From positions 1,600,001 to 1,664,000 of the forward strand of contig CAVUDW010000003.1 in the NCBI GenBank assembly GCA_963740355.1: 64,000 nt of DNA, in the 5' to 3' direction. Below are positions 10,231 through 19,128 of the stretch, one piece after another. Source of the stretch: an uncultured Gemmatimonadaceae bacterium (GTDB taxonomy: Bacteria; Gemmatimonadota; Gemmatimonadetes; Gemmatimonadales; Gemmatimonadaceae). Made by a program: the position numbers and the translations under genes. The notes beneath the pieces are model-generated. The model worked only from the letters and a program-made list of their open reading frames with translations, did no database searches and was not told the DNA's origin. Positions within the stretch are counted from its first letter, which is position 1, and each line of letters starts with the position of its first letter.

Positions 10231-11021
10231 ATGCCTCACGACACGGCCCTCATTGCGACCATCGCCGCGGGACTTGGGCTGGCCTTCCTGTTCGGCCTCG
10301 TAGCGACTCGATACAAACTCCCACCCATCCTCGGCTACCTGCTGGCCGGCGTCGCAGTGGGCCCCTTTACACCAGGCTTCGTCGCCGACTCCGGACTGTC
10401 GTCGCAGCTTGCCGAGATCGGCGTCATTCTGCTGATGTTCGGCGTCGGCCTGCACTTCTCGATCAGCGATCTGCTGGCGGTGCGCCGGATCGCGGTTCCC
10501 GGCGCGATCGGACTGATGGTGATCGCGACGGCCTGCGGCGCGGTGCTCACGCAATTCTGGGGATGGTCGTGGGGGTCCGGAATCGTGTTCGGCCTCTGTC
10601 TGTCCGTCGCCAGCACGGTGGTGCTGCTGCGCGCCTTCGAGGATCGTGGCATCCTTGATTCAGCCGATGGCCGCCTCGCAGTTGGGTGGCTGATCGTGGA
10701 AGACCTGGTCACCGTGCTCGCCCTCGTGCTGTTGCCGGCACTCTCGCCGGCGCTTGGCGCGCCCACCTCGAGCACACGCGGCTCGTGATCGTGGCTGCCC
10801 CCGACGCATTTCAGGCGCGCGCGATTTTGGCCCTCTGCTTCCAGCTCAACCCCGGCGTCGAGGTGCTGGTGCGGACGCACAGCGACGAGGAGCGCGAGTT
10901 CCTCGAGTCGATGGGGGCGGCCAAGGCGCTGGTCGGCGAGCGCGAGCTGGCCATCAGCCTCACCCGCGAGGCGCTGCGCCGCTACGGCGTGGCGCCAGAC
11001 ATGGAAGCCGAATTCCGGTGA
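10231..11021 (+). pseudogene. ybaL: Kef-type cation:proton antiporter (YbaL/RosB-like) with internal deletion and frameshift
   Basis: 10231-10788 encodes the CPA2 N-terminus (GYLLAGVAVGPFTPGFVAD, LAEIGVILLMFGVGLHFS, LSVASTVVLL, GWLIVEDL). A different frame from ~10761 encodes the TrkA-N tail (AHLEHTRLVIVAAPD...VRTHSDEE...VGERELA). Confidence 0.85.
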
Positions 11022-11149
11022 CAGTGCACGGAATTCCCGAAATCCGGTGACAGTGCACGGAATTCGAATTCGATGACGCGGCACGAAATCGCGTCAGTAG
11101 CGGTGGCAGCGCACGAGCTCGATGGGAATGCGTGCACTGTCACCGGATT
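11014..11149. repeat. REP-like cluster: two direct and one inverted copy of TCCGGTGACAGTGCACG
   Basis: TCCGGTGACAGTGCACGGAATTC at 11014-11036 and 11043-11065; inverted CGTGCACTGTCACCGGATT at 11131-11149. Confidence 0.85.
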
Positions 11150-11231
11150 GGCGGCGGTATCATCGTCCTGTGCACGCTGCCACCTTTCGGCCACTAACTC
11201 GCAGATCCACGCGCCTCAGGAGCCTCACCCG

Positions 11232-12149
11232 ATGAAGTCGTCCGTTGTCGTGAAATTGCCGCTCGCCGGCGCACTGATCCTTGCGATCGCCGCTTGCGGC
11301 GGCTCGCCCAAGCCCGCAGCTGATTCGACGGCGGCCAGCGCCGCGCCGGCTGCAACGGCGGCCGGCGACTTCCGCGCGCCGCTCGGAGTCCAGCTGTGGA
11401 GCTTTCGCACGCTCTCGAAGGATGTCCCGGCGATGCTGTCCACGGTCAGTGGCATGGGCTTCACACACGTCGAGACTGCAGGCCTCTATGGCAAGTCGCG
11501 CACGGAGTTCGCCGAGGCGCTGCGCACAGCCGGGCTGAAGGCCACGTCGATGCATGTGGGCTATGAGGACCTGAAGAACCATCCCGACAGCGTGATCGCC
11601 GACGCCAAGGCGCTCGGTGCGGAGTACGTCGGCATTGCCTGGTACCCGCATGACTCGACCGGCTTCACACCCGCCAATGCCAAGCAAGCGGTGCAGGACT
11701 TCAACGCGTTCGGGAAGACATTGAAGGCGGCGGGGCTCAAGTTCTTCTATCACAACCACGGCTACGAGCCGGTGCCGTTTGGTGACGGCACGTTGCTCGA
11801 CGTGATCATCAAGGAGACCGACCCGGCGCTGGTCAGCTTCGAGATGGATGTGCTGTGGACGTGGCTCCCCGGCCAGGACCCCGTGGGCCTGATCGCCAAG
11901 TATCCAGGTCGCTTCAAGCTGATGCACATCAAGGACATGAAGCCCGGCGTGCCGCGCGGCTCACTCGCCGGCGGCGTTGCTGACTCGCTCAAGGCGCCGA
12001 TCGGTGCTGGACAGGTGGACTGGCCTGCACTGCTGCAGGCTGCAGAGAAGGACGGGTTCGTGGAGTTCTACGTCGAGGACGAGACCACCGATCCGGTCAA
12101 GAATGCGCCGCAGAGCATCGCGTATCTGCGGGGCTTGAAGTACAAGTAG
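11232..12149 (+). CDS. Sugar phosphate isomerase/epimerase (xylose-isomerase-like TIM barrel), lipoprotein
   Basis: Lipobox IAAC; GVQLWSFR, FYHNHGYE, FEMDVLW, HIKD, YVEDE. Confidence 0.9.
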   Translation: MKSSVVVKLPLAGALILAIAACGGSPKPAADSTAASAAPAATAAGDFRAPLGVQLWSFRTLSKDVPAMLSTVSGMGFTHVETAGLYGKSRTEFAEALRTAGLKATSMHVGYEDLKNHPDSVIADAKALGAEYVGIAWYPHDSTGFTPANAKQAVQDFNAFGKTLKAAGLKFFYHNHGYEPVPFGDGTLLDVIIKETDPALVSFEMDVLWTWLPGQDPVGLIAKYPGRFKLMHIKDMKPGVPRGSLAGGVADSLKAPIGAGQVDWPALLQAAEKDGFVEFYVEDETTDPVKNAPQSIAYLRGLKYK

Positions 12150-12250
12150 TGCGTTCCGCCGCGAGCCGCTTCGGCGTTCCGCGGCGCGGTCGGATCACGC
12201 GGTCCGAGCTGCTGTCGCGCTTACAGTCCTGACGCAGCCACGCACGCACG

Positions 12251-12304
12251 AAACGACGAACGGCGCCCGCAAACTCGGGCGCCGTTCGCATTTCTCCGTA
12301 TTGC
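12251..12304 (-). terminator. Terminator hairpin preceded (minus strand) by GCAATACGGA, a degenerate tRNA-Gln 3'-end junction
   Basis: Stem CGAACGGCGCCCG/CGGGCGCCGTTCG at 12257-12288. TCCGTATTGC at 12295-12304 is identical to 22692-22701. Confidence 0.65.
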
Positions 12305-12373
12305 TACGTCCAGCCGGTCGCGCACGGTCGTGCGCGTGGCGTGTGCGTCGCGAGCCGTTCCCCTACGTCTAGG

Positions 12374-12928
12374 CTAGAGCGCAGCCGCAAGCGCCGTCAT
12401 GCCGCGTTCAAAGCCGTCATGCGGACCACTCGCTCCAAACATGCCGGACTGTTCGAGCACCACGTAGCCGTGCAGGAACGCCCACACGGCGACGGCGCCG
12501 GCGGTGTCATCGACTTTCGCGGTGCAGTCACCAACCAGTTGCAGGAGCTGATTCCACAGTGCCTTGCGCGCATCCAGATGACCCGCTGCGTATGGCGCCA
12601 CAAGCATGCTGTATCGTGCTGGCGAGGTACGCGCGAAGCTGAGGTAGGCGTCTGCTGCCGTGCGAAGATCGTCACGCGCGCCACGAGCCACGTCCTTTCG
12701 CCGGGCGACTGCGGCTTCAATCGACGAGCGGAGCGACTCAGCGACCTGTTCCGCGATCATCGCCTCCAACGTCGCCAGATCGCCGACGTGTTTGTACAGC
12801 GAGGCCGGGCGCACGCTCAGTGACTCAGCGAGTGCACGCATGCCCAATGAGTCGCGCCCCTGTGTGTCGAGGATGGAGAGCGCCGCGTCGATGATCGCCG
12901 GCGTGGAGAGTTTGGAGGGGTAGGCCAT
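12374..12928 (-). CDS. TetR family regulator
   Basis: IIDAALSIL...LGMRALAESLSVRPASLYKHV; VWAFLHGYVVLE. Confidence 0.9.
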   Translation of the reverse strand: MAYPSKLSTPAIIDAALSILDTQGRDSLGMRALAESLSVRPASLYKHVGDLATLEAMIAEQVAESLRSSIEAAVARRKDVARGARDDLRTAADAYLSFARTSPARYSMLVAPYAAGHLDARKALWNQLLQLVGDCTAKVDDTAGAVAVWAFLHGYVVLEQSGMFGASGPHDGFERGMTALAAAL

Positions 12929-12931
12929 AGA

Positions 12932-13001
12932 GAACACTGTACGTCTTGACATGATCCAAGGCAAGGAGTACAGTGTTCGCCATACAAGGCGTACAGTGTT
13001 C
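12932..13001. promoter_or_regulatory. Divergent promoter with three GTACAGTGTTC boxes
   Basis: GAACACTGTAC at 12932-12942; GTACAGTGTTC at 12968-12978 and 12991-13001; TTGACA(12946)-17 bp-TACAGT(12969). Confidence 0.75.
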
Positions 13002-13022
13002 ACCTTACCAAGGAGCGTGCAT

Positions 13023-13481
13023 ATGAGCACTCCAGATCGCGTTCACGACACCGCGCCACGCAGCGCATTCACTGGCGCCGCAGAGTCCGACCGGGCGTCC
13101 ACGCCAAGCGCTGCGACCGGCGGCGTCCGACTCGTGCTTCAGGCTGAAGGGTTCGCGGTACTTCTGCTGGCCGCCGTGCTGTACCGTCAGGGCGGGCACG
13201 GCTGGGGACTGTTCGCTGCACTGTTCCTGGCACCGGACGTCAGCTTCGTCGCGTACCTCGCAGGACCGCGGGCGGGGGCCACCGCCTACAATGCCTTCCA
13301 CAGCTACGTCGGTCCGATCGCGTTGCTACTCGTCGCGCTCACTGTTCCCAGCGCCGGCGTCATTCCGTTTGTGCACATCTGGGCTGCGCACATCGGTTTC
13401 GACCGCCTGATGCGATACGGCCTGAAGTATCCTGGCGATTTCCATCACACGCATCTGGGCTCGAAGCGGCGGACAGTGTGA
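13023..13481 (+). CDS. DUF4260-like membrane protein
   Basis: FLAPDVSFVAYLAGPRAGATAYNAFHSY; WAAHIGFDRLMRYGLKY...FHHTHLG; AAGGAG RBS. Confidence 0.85.
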   Translation: MSTPDRVHDTAPRSAFTGAAESDRASTPSAATGGVRLVLQAEGFAVLLLAAVLYRQGGHGWGLFAALFLAPDVSFVAYLAGPRAGATAYNAFHSYVGPIALLLVALTVPSAGVIPFVHIWAAHIGFDRLMRYGLKYPGDFHHTHLGSKRRTV

Positions 13482-13653
13482 CATCGTGTCCCTCGGTCGA
13501 ACGCAGTCGCAAGCGCACAACCCGTAGGCGGCCATGGCCGTACTTTCACTGACTAAGCGGGAGTCAGAAAGAGCATGATAAACTTTGCAAATCGGAGTTG
13601 TTTGTGCAGTCTATCAACTGCCTAGCTTGCCAATTGCTGGCTTTACTATGCTC

Positions 13654-13685
13654 TTGACTGAAGAATATGCATGGTATACCATGCA
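13654..13685 (+). promoter_or_regulatory. Sigma70-like promoter overlapped by a perfect 18-bp palindrome (probable autoregulatory operator)
   Basis: TTGACT(13654)-17 bp-TACCAT(13677); TGCATGGTATACCATGCA at 13668-13685. Confidence 0.7.
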
Positions 13686-13741
13686 GACAGCTCTAACCTC
13701 TGACCCGTCCGCTCCGCACCCTCGCACCACCCATCGCTGCC

Positions 13742-14263
13742 ATGCCCGCCCGCGCCGACACACAGTGGCTCCGACTCCGGCAGGCCATCGCCCTCCTTGA
13801 GCCGTGGGAGGGACTACAAACGGCCCGCGCCCCGATTCAGGGGTGGGTGTCGACGATCCGTCGGGCGCTCGGGATGAGCAGCGCGCAGCTCGCGGCGCGG
13901 ATGCGAATCAGTCGGCAGTCGCTCGAGGCGCTCGAGGCACGGGAAGTCACCGGCACAGCGACCGTCGATGCACTTCGCCGCGCCGCTGACGCGCTCGATT
14001 GCGACCTGGTGTACGCACTGGTTCCACGGCACGGGTCGCTCGAGTCTGTGGTCACCGCAAAGGCTCGCCGGGTCGCCGAGCGGCTCGTCGGTCGCGCGGG
14101 ACACACGATGACCCTCGAGCAGCAGACCGTGCCCGTGCGTGAGGCGGAGCACCAGATCGCAGTCCTCACCCGTCGCCTTCTGGCCGAGTGGCCGCGCGGC
14201 CTCTGGGATGAGATCGACGATCCGCCCCCCCGCGACGAACGCGCGACAGGCGACGTGGCGTGA
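13742..14263 (+). CDS. Mobile mystery protein A (XRE-HTH)
   Basis: GWVSTIRRALGMSSAQLAARM...ALDCDLVYALVP...HTMTLEQQ...LWD; coupled to the next gene. Confidence 0.9.
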   Translation: MPARADTQWLRLRQAIALLEPWEGLQTARAPIQGWVSTIRRALGMSSAQLAARMRISRQSLEALEAREVTGTATVDALRRAADALDCDLVYALVPRHGSLESVVTAKARRVAERLVGRAGHTMTLEQQTVPVREAEHQIAVLTRRLLAEWPRGLWDEIDDPPPRDERATGDVA

Positions 14264-14904
14264 CGGCGCCGGACGGGCCGGCGACGCCGCCACAGAGGCG
14301 GGGCGCCTTCGCCGTCGGCGCTCACATCGCCGGCGCCACGCCGGTTGATCCCGACGAGGCGGCGGACCTCATTCCCCCCGGCATCGAGACGGTCGAGCAA
14401 CTCAATGCCTTGGAGCAGACGAACATCTTGTCTGCGACGGAGTGGGCGCTGCGTCATCGGCGGCGTCACACGCCAGCGGCGGTGCTCAGCGAAGCGTTCC
14501 TGTTCGACCTGCATCGTCGCATGTTCGACGAAACCTGGCGATGGGCGGGTAAGACTCGCCGCACCGACAAGAACATCGGCGTCCACTGGCCGACCATTCG
14601 CGTCGCGCTGCGCGAGCGCGTCAGGGATGCGCAGTTGTGGCTGACCGAATCGGTATTCTCGCTCGACGAGGTGGCCGTGCGTCTACACCACGGCATCGTG
14701 CTGGTCCATCCCTTCCCGAATGGGAACGGCCGGTGGAGCCGGTTGGTGGCTGACACCTTCATGCATGCACACCGACGTGCACCGTTCGACTGGGGCGCGA
14801 GGAACCTCACGAGCGCAGGCGAGGCACGTGCGGCGTACCTCGCCGCTCTCCGGGCAGCAGATCACGGCGACTTTGCGCCGATCCTGAAATTCGCGCGATC
14901 GTAA
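14260..14904 (+). CDS. Mobile mystery protein B (Fic family)
   Basis: GATPVDPDE, LNALEQTNI, LHRRMFDETWRWAG; Fic motif HPFPNGNGRWSR. Confidence 0.92.
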   Translation: MTAPDGPATPPQRRGAFAVGAHIAGATPVDPDEAADLIPPGIETVEQLNALEQTNILSATEWALRHRRRHTPAAVLSEAFLFDLHRRMFDETWRWAGKTRRTDKNIGVHWPTIRVALRERVRDAQLWLTESVFSLDEVAVRLHHGIVLVHPFPNGNGRWSRLVADTFMHAHRRAPFDWGARNLTSAGEARAAYLAALRAADHGDFAPILKFARS

Positions 14905-15062
14905 CTGCTGCGGACCGAGCGCGCTGCTCGAAGCTCAGGTGCGTGGCCGACCGCGCGCGGCAACAACGCGGACCAGGACACTGGCATTGCCCGTTCGTGG
15001 TTAGAGGCTGATCGGCCGAGGGCATCGCGCGCTCGCGCGTCGATCAGTGCCGAGGGTAGCTC

Positions 15063-15106
15063 AAAACCAAACGACCGCCAGCGCCTCTTCGGCACCGACG
15101 GTCGTT
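15063..15106 (-). terminator. Intrinsic terminator following tRNA-Gln 3' fragment
   Basis: Minus strand AACGACCGTCGGTGCC-gaaga-GGCGCTGGCGGTCGTT-TGGTTTT. Confidence 0.7.
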
Positions 15107-15110
15107 CAGC

Positions 15111-15152
15111 TATTGCCCCTCCTGGGCTCGAACCAGGACTCTTCTGATCCAG
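15111..15152 (-). repeat. tRNA-Gln 3'-half duplicate (att-like direct repeat, copy 3)
   Basis: 42-bp TATTGCCCCTCCTGGGCTCGAACCAGGACTCTTCTGATCCAG identical to 22696-22737. Confidence 0.95.
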
Positions 15153-15332
15153 GAGGTGGCTAAACGGAAGACATGTGTGCCTGCTGCATCGGCTCCCAAT
15201 GCGATCTCGCTTCGGTGCGCAAGATAAGCCAGACGAGCAGAGTGCATTCCGTGGCGCGCGAGCGGCACGAGTCAACAATCCAGTTCTTCGGGACCTCTCA
15301 GGTTCACACGCTGTCACCCAATGCTGCGTGAT

Positions 15333-16748
15333 TCACGGCGCGAGCCGCACCGTGTCCAGGCTGATGACGTCGGGAATTGAGCGGTCGCCGCCGGCGATCA
15401 CCCGCGCGCAGACTACGACTTCGCGCACGCCACAGGTCACGCGATGACCTACCGCGATCCCATCGAGGTGAACGCGGCCAAGACGGCCCCCGGACGTGAC
15501 ACTGCGCCATGCACCGCCATCAGCAGACTCTCCGTCGAGCGAGGGTACTCTGGAGCGCACCTCGGACGTCGTACCGGGCAACGTGGCGTCCGGCGTCACC
15601 GCGCCGTACATCGACCCATTGCTTGCCTGCGTGATCACGACACGCGCGCCGGTACCGTCCGGAGCACGGAGCGTTACGACGTTCGTGTCACTGGAGTACG
15701 AGGCGTTCGAACCCGTCACGCTCGTATAGCCGCCAACGGCGCGAAGCACGCTGCTGTCGGCGGCGTTCCGCAACAGCTGGTACGGCGTGACCGTGAACGG
15801 CACTCCGGGGAAGATCGGCGTGACGCGCCTCCCTGTGGAGCACATTACGACGCCGCTCGCGGTGAGGCCGCAGGTCACCAGTCCGTTTTCGTCGTTGAGC
15901 AGGCGCACGATGTTTGAATCACTCGGTATCGGCAACCACGTGCGGTTTGCGAAAACGTACCCGCCACCGGTCTCACTCCCGAGCACACCCTTCCAGAGCG
16001 CGCCGCCCGCAGTGCGCCCCACTGAGCCACGGAACTCCACGAACGGTGGGTGCGTGATGTCGTTTGGCACAGTCGAGTCGGGACCGAAGCCCGTCCAGAA
16101 TGCATCGGGGCCGACTCCATTCCAGCACGCAGTGTTGCCATCGGTGAGCAGGGCGCACGCGCCCACGAGGCTAGCCGACAGCGACCGTACGGGTGCCGAG
16201 AACCGCAACCAGCGCGGCGTGGGCTGGAACTGCCCCGGACCGACGCAGGCGACGCGACCGCCCTGCTGGAAACACACTGACTCGGCGCCTGACGTCACGA
16301 CCGTGTCGGCCACCAGCGGTATGCCGCGACGAGCGAGCGTGAATCGACGCGTGAATTCCACCAGGCCGTCACCCCAGTATGTGCCGAGCGACAACACCTG
16401 CGCTGGCGAATCACTCGGCAGCCAGAGCACGCGTACGAGGCCCGTTGCCGTGTCGGCAGCAATCGATAGCGCGCGCCGTTCCCAGTCGCGCGATCGGAGC
16501 CAGCCGGTTGTCGCACTGCTGCGTGAGAGCCGCCAGAACTCTCGCACGCGCTGCCCCGACGCATCCAGCAACTCGAACAGCAACGTGTCAGGCACCGGCG
16601 TGAGGGGCTCCGCCACGCGGATCGTCCCAGGGGAGACGAGGCGCAACGTGTACGCGGAGTTGCCAGTCTGCGGCTCGCTCGCGGTTTCGCCGCATGCGGT
16701 GAATGCGACAATCGCTGCGGCCAGAACCATACGGGCTGAATAGCGCAT
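15333..16748 (-). CDS. Hypothetical lipoprotein with RCC1-like C-x-L-x-x-x-G-x-x-x-C repeats
   Basis: Lipobox FTAC; ACALLTDGNTACW, TCGLTASGVVMC. Confidence 0.6.
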   Translation of the reverse strand: MRYSARMVLAAAIVAFTACGETASEPQTGNSAYTLRLVSPGTIRVAEPLTPVPDTLLFELLDASGQRVREFWRLSRSSATTGWLRSRDWERRALSIAADTATGLVRVLWLPSDSPAQVLSLGTYWGDGLVEFTRRFTLARRGIPLVADTVVTSGAESVCFQQGGRVACVGPGQFQPTPRWLRFSAPVRSLSASLVGACALLTDGNTACWNGVGPDAFWTGFGPDSTVPNDITHPPFVEFRGSVGRTAGGALWKGVLGSETGGGYVFANRTWLPIPSDSNIVRLLNDENGLVTCGLTASGVVMCSTGRRVTPIFPGVPFTVTPYQLLRNAADSSVLRAVGGYTSVTGSNASYSSDTNVVTLRAPDGTGARVVITQASNGSMYGAVTPDATLPGTTSEVRSRVPSLDGESADGGAWRSVTSGGRLGRVHLDGIAVGHRVTCGVREVVVCARVIAGGDRSIPDVISLDTVRLAP

Positions 16749-16967
16749 GATGATAATATACCGTCGCACTGGCCTCGAGGTCACGCCAGCCGCGCTACGG
16801 CCCGGCTCAAGAACAACACGCTTCCCCGTGCGCTGTGATATGTCGAGCGAGATGCTTCAACGAGGCCCTTGTCACGAAAGAGCCAGAAAGCGAGTTGCCC
16901 TCCTTGCACGCGCTCAGGCTCGCCGAGCAGACCTGCAGAGTTTCGCGCCGCGCTGCACATTGACCCG

Positions 16968-18371
16968 ATGATCGTCTTTCCAAATCTCTTCCCGTCGCGC
17001 GATCGCCGACGGGCACACTGGGCGCTGGCGATTGCGATCGTCACCGCGATGTCCCCTGCCCCGCCGGCCGGCGCGCAGACGGGCAGCGATAGCGGGCGGC
17101 TGGACCAACGCATCGATGTCGTGACGCCACTCGCGCCTGAACTGGCCGCCTTCGGCAGCCATTCCGTCGGCGTCCGCACCATCACCGTCACCGACCGCAA
17201 TCGCCCCGACGTCGTTCACACCAGACCCGGCGAAGCCACGGCGCGCAGCGACCGATCGCTCACACTCGAGGTGTGGTATCCAGCGCAGCCCGCGCGCGCG
17301 CCGGTCCTCGGCACGTACCGCGCCATCATGCGTGATCCCACGGTCACCGTGACGCTGATTGGCCGCGCGCAACGAGACGCGATGCCAGTTGCGGCGGGCG
17401 GCCCGTTTCCGCTGGTGATCATCTCGCACGGCTACCCCGGCAACCGGTTCCTGCTCAGTCACCTGGGAGAGAACCTGGCCAGCAAAGGGTACGTCGTTGT
17501 GTCGATCGATCACACCGGAAGCACGTACGACGATCTGCAGGCGTTCGGCAGCACGCTCTATCATCGCCCGTACGATCAGTTGTTCGTGCTGAATGAGATG
17601 GCGCGGCTGGGTGCCGCGCAGTCCGGCAGCTTCCTGGCCGGGCACGTCGACGCCGGTCGCACCGGCATCATCGGCTATTCGATGGGTGGATACGGCGCGG
17701 TGAACGTGATCGGCGGCGGATTCCGCGCGGCAGCGGCCACGATGCCCGGTGCACCGCCCAATCGCCTGCTGCTGGAGCGCAGCGCCGACAACGCGGCCTA
17801 TCGTGAACGCGGCGGTGATGCGCGTATCAAGGCCGCGGTGGCCATCGGCCCGTGGGGCCTGCCGGCCGGTGTCTGGGATTCCGCCGGGCTGGCCGGCATT
17901 CGAACGCCTACCCTGTTCGTTGCCGGCAGCGCCGACGAGGTCTCAGGCTACGAGTCCGGGACCCGCGCCATCTTCCGCGGTGCCGTGAATGCCGATCGCT
18001 ACCTGCTGACATTTCTCGGCGCGGGCCACAACGCGGGTGCGCCGATTCCCGCGCCCGCGGAGAGCTACTCGTGGTCCGACTCACTGAAGTCGTATCCCTT
18101 CACGCACTATGCCGACCCAGTCTGGGACACCCGGCGCATGAACAACATCCTTGCACACTTCGTGACCGCGCATTTCGACGTGCAACTGAAGGGAGACAGC
18201 ACGCGACTGCCGTACATGCAGGTGGTACCGGCCGGGAAGGATGCCGTGTGGGCCATCGATCGCGCGGGCACGCCGCAACCCACGCATACGTACTGGAAAG
18301 GGTTCAAGCGAGGCACGGCGACGGGATTGATGCTGGAACACGAGGCCTCCGGAGAGCGTGCACGCCGGTAG
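16968..18371 (+). CDS. Secreted alpha/beta hydrolase (dienelactone hydrolase/PAF-acetylhydrolase-like)
   Basis: PLVIISHGYPG, GYVVVSIDH, nucleophile GYSMGG, AGSADEV, GHN. Confidence 0.88.
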   Translation: MIVFPNLFPSRDRRRAHWALAIAIVTAMSPAPPAGAQTGSDSGRLDQRIDVVTPLAPELAAFGSHSVGVRTITVTDRNRPDVVHTRPGEATARSDRSLTLEVWYPAQPARAPVLGTYRAIMRDPTVTVTLIGRAQRDAMPVAAGGPFPLVIISHGYPGNRFLLSHLGENLASKGYVVVSIDHTGSTYDDLQAFGSTLYHRPYDQLFVLNEMARLGAAQSGSFLAGHVDAGRTGIIGYSMGGYGAVNVIGGGFRAAAATMPGAPPNRLLLERSADNAAYRERGGDARIKAAVAIGPWGLPAGVWDSAGLAGIRTPTLFVAGSADEVSGYESGTRAIFRGAVNADRYLLTFLGAGHNAGAPIPAPAESYSWSDSLKSYPFTHYADPVWDTRRMNNILAHFVTAHFDVQLKGDSTRLPYMQVVPAGKDAVWAIDRAGTPQPTHTYWKGFKRGTATGLMLEHEASGERARR

Positions 18372-18584
18372 GTGCGTCACTCGCTGACAGGTTGGCCTGG
18401 TGGTGACGGTAGAGCCGTGCGACGCCGACCGAGACCGATGCGACGAGCGGCGAACACGCGGCGAAGCGAGCGATGACGCGGCCATCGAAGCGGTCTGCCC
18501 TGCTGGCGCAGGCGTAGGGTTGGCGGTTATGCCTCGCCTATGACGCTGGCCATGCATCGCATGACCAGCTGAGACCAGAGTCAT

Positions 18585-18630
18585 AAAACAAAAAGGCTGG
18601 CGGCGCGAAGTGCTTGCGCCACCAGTCTTT
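18585..18630 (-). terminator. Intrinsic terminator following tRNA-Gln 3' fragment
   Basis: Minus strand AAAGACTGGTGGCGCAA-gcactt-CGCGCCGCCAGCCTTTTTGTTTT. Confidence 0.75.
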
Positions 18631-18676
18631 CCGTATTGCCCCTCCTGGGCTCGAACCAGGACTCTTCTGATCCAGA
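18627..18676 (-). repeat. tRNA-Gln 3'-half duplicate (att-like direct repeat, copy 2)
   Basis: 50 bp identical to 22689-22738. Confidence 0.95.
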
Positions 18677-19128
18677 GCGTGGCTGAACAGAAAAGGTGTG
18701 TGACTGGCTTCGGCTCCCGATGCTATCGGACGGAGGTGAGCAGGCGAGCCAAATCGGCCCATCCCCGCCAGCGCGCAGACTTCGCCGTCGACGTCCAAGC
18801 GGGATCGCTGTACACTGGTCATTCTCGACTTGGCGGAGACACAAGCACAGCGAGAACGCAATCGTCAGCGTTTCGGTCTCATTCTTGGGCTCTGTGAACC
18901 ACCAGAAGCCCCAGTGGTTCGTGAGCGCGCTGCTCCGCCGCTGGGACGCTCGCCCCAATCTGCAGGTCCGGCAACACGACGGCACAACCCGTCTCCGACA
19001 CAATCCGATGCATCGGGTCAGATCACGGCGAACTCGCACCGTCACCCCCACGGACGATCTCGCGGCTGGGTCCACCTCGGTCCGGCAGCGCGAGACTAGA
19101 ATTCGCGCATGTCCCGCGATCTCGTCGC

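Larger units (their letters stand above)
15153..18635. mobile_element. tRNA-Gln-integrated cargo segment 2 (no integrase)
   Basis: Bounded by tRNA 3'-half repeats; conserved left end shared with segment 1. Confidence 0.7.

Noticed and set aside
11014..11149. CRISPR array
   Set aside because: Only two direct copies with a 6-bp gap plus one inverted copy; no spacers and no cas genes.
16741..16765. dif-like sequence GCGCATGATGATAATATA
   Set aside because: The XerD-side arm (TTATGTTAAA-like) is absent.
15113..18676. tRNA fragments as functional or split tRNA genes
   Set aside because: They lack the 5' acceptor strand and D arm, and an intact copy exists at 22698-22770.
18696..19100. Integrase remnant in the cassette 1 non-coding stretch
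   Set aside because: No tyrosine (R...HxxR...Y) or serine recombinase motifs in the translated frames I could read; a profile search is still needed.
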